DNA of 64,000 nucleotides from Lama guanicoe (Eukaryota): the NCBI GenBank assembly GCA_013239625.1, contig MU056000.1:1178001-1242000 (forward strand), in the 5' to 3' direction. Below, piece after piece: positions 60,976 through 64,000 of the stretch; the stretch's first letter is position 1; every line of letters starts with the position of its first letter. The notes beneath the pieces were generated by a model. The model ran no database searches. It saw nothing but the letters and a program-made list of their open reading frames with translations, and had not been told where the DNA came from. Made by a program: the position numbers and the translations under genes.

Positions 60976-62809
60976 TGCGAGTGTGGCAAGAACTGAGACT
61001 CTGTTTTTTCATCGTCAAAGCGGGAAGGTCGTCCACCTGGGGAATACGGGGGGTGAGGCTGGGCACGGCTCAGGGGCACTGGGACCCCCACACCTTCCAG
61101 GAGCTCTGAAGCTGCCTGGGAAGAGGTCTGGGTGTGCCCAGGACGGGCGGCCAGCGAGGGGACGTCTGCTGTCCCTGGGCGTCACATTCACGTCTGTCTG
61201 TGAGGGGGATTTAGGATGAGGGAAGCCAGGCGGCCTGAGGAGCGTCCCCTGAGGAGGGGAAGGTCGGCAAGGGTCCCCTTTTGCTTTGGGGACACATGCT
61301 GTGGCCATTTGTGAGGACCACACGCATATTTATTGAAGAGAGACGACGTGGAAACAGCCGGTTAAATACTCGGATACATGAATGCACAGCAGACACAGGA
61401 AAACAATTGGCCCGACTCGCGCAGCCGGAGCAGCTCTGGGCCGAGTCCTGGCACGGCTCAGCTGTCCTCCGTCGAAGGCTGACCCCACCTGGGTGCGTGT
61501 CAGTCCCACCAGGTCCGCCCACACGTGCGGCCTGACCTCCGGGCCCATCATTCCCAGGCGGAACCTCGTGCTCCCAGGCGTGGTGAGACCCCAGAATGTC
61601 CCCAGAGCTCGGCCACGTGTCCCCACGCTTCGGTGGGTCCTGGGTTGCTGGCAGCCTGGTCTTTAAAACCACTTGCAGGACAGGAAGGAGACTCTCTGTC
61701 CTCTTCCCTGCAGCCGCGACCTTTGCCTGCATCCTTTCCGCCCTCTGCCGAGGGAACAGGGTGACTGACAGTCAGGGCCGGTGTCGTCTTCAGAGCTCCT
61801 GCTCGCACGGCCGCCTTGCTCATCCACAGCCCACTGTGGATGCACAGCAGATCCGGGCAAGCCAACCTCCACACGCCAGAAACTTGTCTCTCTCCTGTTC
61901 GTGTCCCCCCAGCCCAGCCACGTCGGCTCCTGCCAGGGCCCTGTTCCCCCCTCATCAGGACACGCCTTCATCTAATGCCTGGACCACGTGCTCTTCTGCT
62001 GGAACTCTCTAACAGACTCCCCTCCGAACTGGAGGGAATTCCCAGCCCCGCATCTCGGTCCGCAAGGCCCCTTCCATCTGCCCTGCCTGCAGCCCCGGCC
62101 CCACTTGGCGCCTCACGCATCCTCCCCGCCCGCCAGGCGCACACACCTGCCGCGCTGCACCCCTGCCAGCGGCATCCCTGACCTGGACCGGCTCACCTTG
62201 GGGGGCCTTCCGCTTTTGGACCTTCCTCTGTCCCCCTGGTCGCTGGAGGCCCCGGGCCCCCGAGGGCGTCTCCGCTGTGGTCAGGGCCCAGCACAGAGCA
62301 CGTGGCTCGGGAGGTGGTGACCGGGAGCTTGGGCGTGCGTGTTCCCAGTTGCAGTTTCCTTCTCCCTGTTTCTCCGGTGTAATTTCAGTGCCATCTCCAG
62401 TGACTGGCTTTCTAAGGTTCTAGACACTCCTTTACAAGGGGCCCTGGTTCCTGTCACACACGCTTTGGGTGAGTTTGTCTTTCCACGCTCCGCTTTCTGC
62501 CCTAAAGCCCAGAGGAGGCCAGGCAGGATCTTAAAATCTCGGTCATTTGAAAACTTGCGGCATCCCAGAAGGAACAGCCCGTTCCGGTGTCAGCGGAGGA
62601 CAGCTGATCCGTCCAGATCAGAGATTAAGGCTGGGCCGGAGATAAGACCACTCAGGCCTGAGCCCAGAGCTAACGCAGCATTTCCCAGAGCCCGTGGAGC
62701 GGCCGGAGCAGGCCACGCAGCGTGCTGGCAACGAGCAGGTGCCCCGGCTTGATGCTGTCTCGCTCCCGGGGAACAGGCCACTTCATCACGACCCCGTTTT
62801 CCCGAGCCG

Positions 62810-62995
62810 TCACAAGCAAAGGCTTTCTGCCCCGATTAATTAAAAAGTTAATGGGCTTGATTAAGCTATTTTTTGGTAAAGATTGGAAAGAGCGTGAATA
62901 CATCTTTCTACTTCCAATTACAAACAGACGCGGCCACTCACTTCCCGTCGCCGTGATTACATGTGTCCATAAACGGTCTGTGTAACTTTGTCGTC
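62810..62995. promoter_or_regulatory. Candidate conserved non-coding element (homeodomain-rich)
   Basis: GATTAATTAA 62834-62843, GTTAATG, TGATTAAG, CCAATTAC and posterior HOX/CDX CCATAAA 62967-62973. Confidence 0.5.
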
Positions 62996-63295
62996 CACAC
63001 TCCGCGTGACAGCCGCCCCGTGGTCTCTAAGCTTTTCACCAGCACTCACCAAGTAAGAGCGTAGCGCCACGCAAAGCGGTACGTGCCGGTGACGGCGAGG
63101 ATGGAAGAGCCGGTTTATGTAGATGATTTCTTCAAAGCATGGTCGACACAGACTGGAGGCAGCGCCTCTGAGGTCCTGCCTTTTCCTTGCACACGTGCAC
63201 GTGGGTGTGTGTGAGGGCACGTGTGCTCACGCGTGTGGGTGCAGGTGCAACAGGGCTGAGACCTGGAGTGGGAAGAGCCGGTCTGCGGCCGGGGC

Positions 63296-63470
63296 CCATG
63301 GTTCTCAAACCCGCGAGAGCACTGGCATCACCGCGGCTCCTTCAGGCAGGTTCCTGGGCCCCCCGAGAGGTTCTGATGGAGTGGGGCCTGGGTGGGACCC
63401 CAAAACACGCATTTCCAATAACCTCCCAGGTAGTGCTCTGCTGCGGGCGGCAGGCGCTTGGCAAACCCTG
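63296..63470 (+). mobile_element. MER5A (hAT-Charlie) DNA transposon
   Basis: ccatggttctcaaac...ctgggccccccgagaggttctgatggagtggggcctgggtgggacccc...gcatttccaataacctcccaggt...aaaccctg. Confidence 0.85.
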
Positions 63471-64000
63471 TCCGCAGTCCCTTTATTTTTGATTGTGAAG
63501 TTGGAGGAGCAGCCCCCACCTGCTCACCTTGCCTCCGTAACGAGAGTCACTTGAGTTGACTGTTGGACGTGAGATCATGAGCATAAAGCGGACGTGTGGC
63601 TTCTATACCCGGGCCGCTGGTTCCAAAGGGCTTGCAGCAGACGGGCCAGCTCCCCTCACTGCTCTTCCATGGACCCCTAAGGGAAAATATTCGCTGACTC
63701 CAAAACAGGTGCTGCGCCCCCCGGCTCCTGTGGTTTCCACACGGGGGTGCTCAGTGACCACCGTCCACGTCCACTTCTGATGGAGGCCTGTGGTTCTAAC
63801 AGCCGTCTGCAGGATGGTGAGAGCAGAATGATCCAACCAGGGCCTCCTTTGGGCCCCTTGGTGCCGCCAGGCCCCTGCTTGTCTCCAGTGGGTCCTGGGG
63901 GACAAGCCTCACCCGCAGGGCTGACCGGACTGTCCAGTCCACGTGGGGGGGTGGAGGGCCCCTCGGGCTAATGCAGCAGTTAGAGAGAACTCAGTTAGGG

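Noticed and set aside
1-64000. Assignment to a named gene locus or exact species
   Set aside because: No coding exon to anchor it; camelid origin and candidate loci are inferences that need a BLAST search.

Overview
Mammalian (eutherian) non-coding genomic DNA. It is GC- and CpG-rich, which suggests a subtelomeric position. The species is most likely a cetartiodactyl, probably a camelid: the lineage-type L1 3' ends at 8.7 kb and 27.7-28.6 kb fit, and I see no ruminant, pig or cetacean SINEs. I found no credible protein-coding exon, RNA gene or CRISPR array; the long ORFs are artefacts of GC richness, tandem repeats or N runs. Much of the window is decayed transposable elements: a near-full-length ancient L1M (2.2-9.6 kb) with two nested insertions, other L1M/HAL1 fragments, L2, MIR, MLT1/MLT2 and ERV1 LTRs, an ERVL-type gag fragment, and MER8, MER20 and MER5A DNA transposons. 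Between them are about a dozen non-repetitive AT-rich islands rich in homeodomain, SOX, FOX, MEIS and POU motifs, two orphan CpG islands and one strong CTCF site. This looks like a gene desert or large intron acting as the regulatory landscape of a developmental transcription factor; the locus is not identified. The most notable observations are a candidate ancient L1 3' transduction, a chimeric L1 inserted at the homologous position of an older L1, patchy AT-to-GC drift in repeats, and a two-variant 16-bp minisatellite inside an L2. Repeat family names come from my recall of consensus sequences, not from a database search, and boundaries are approximate.
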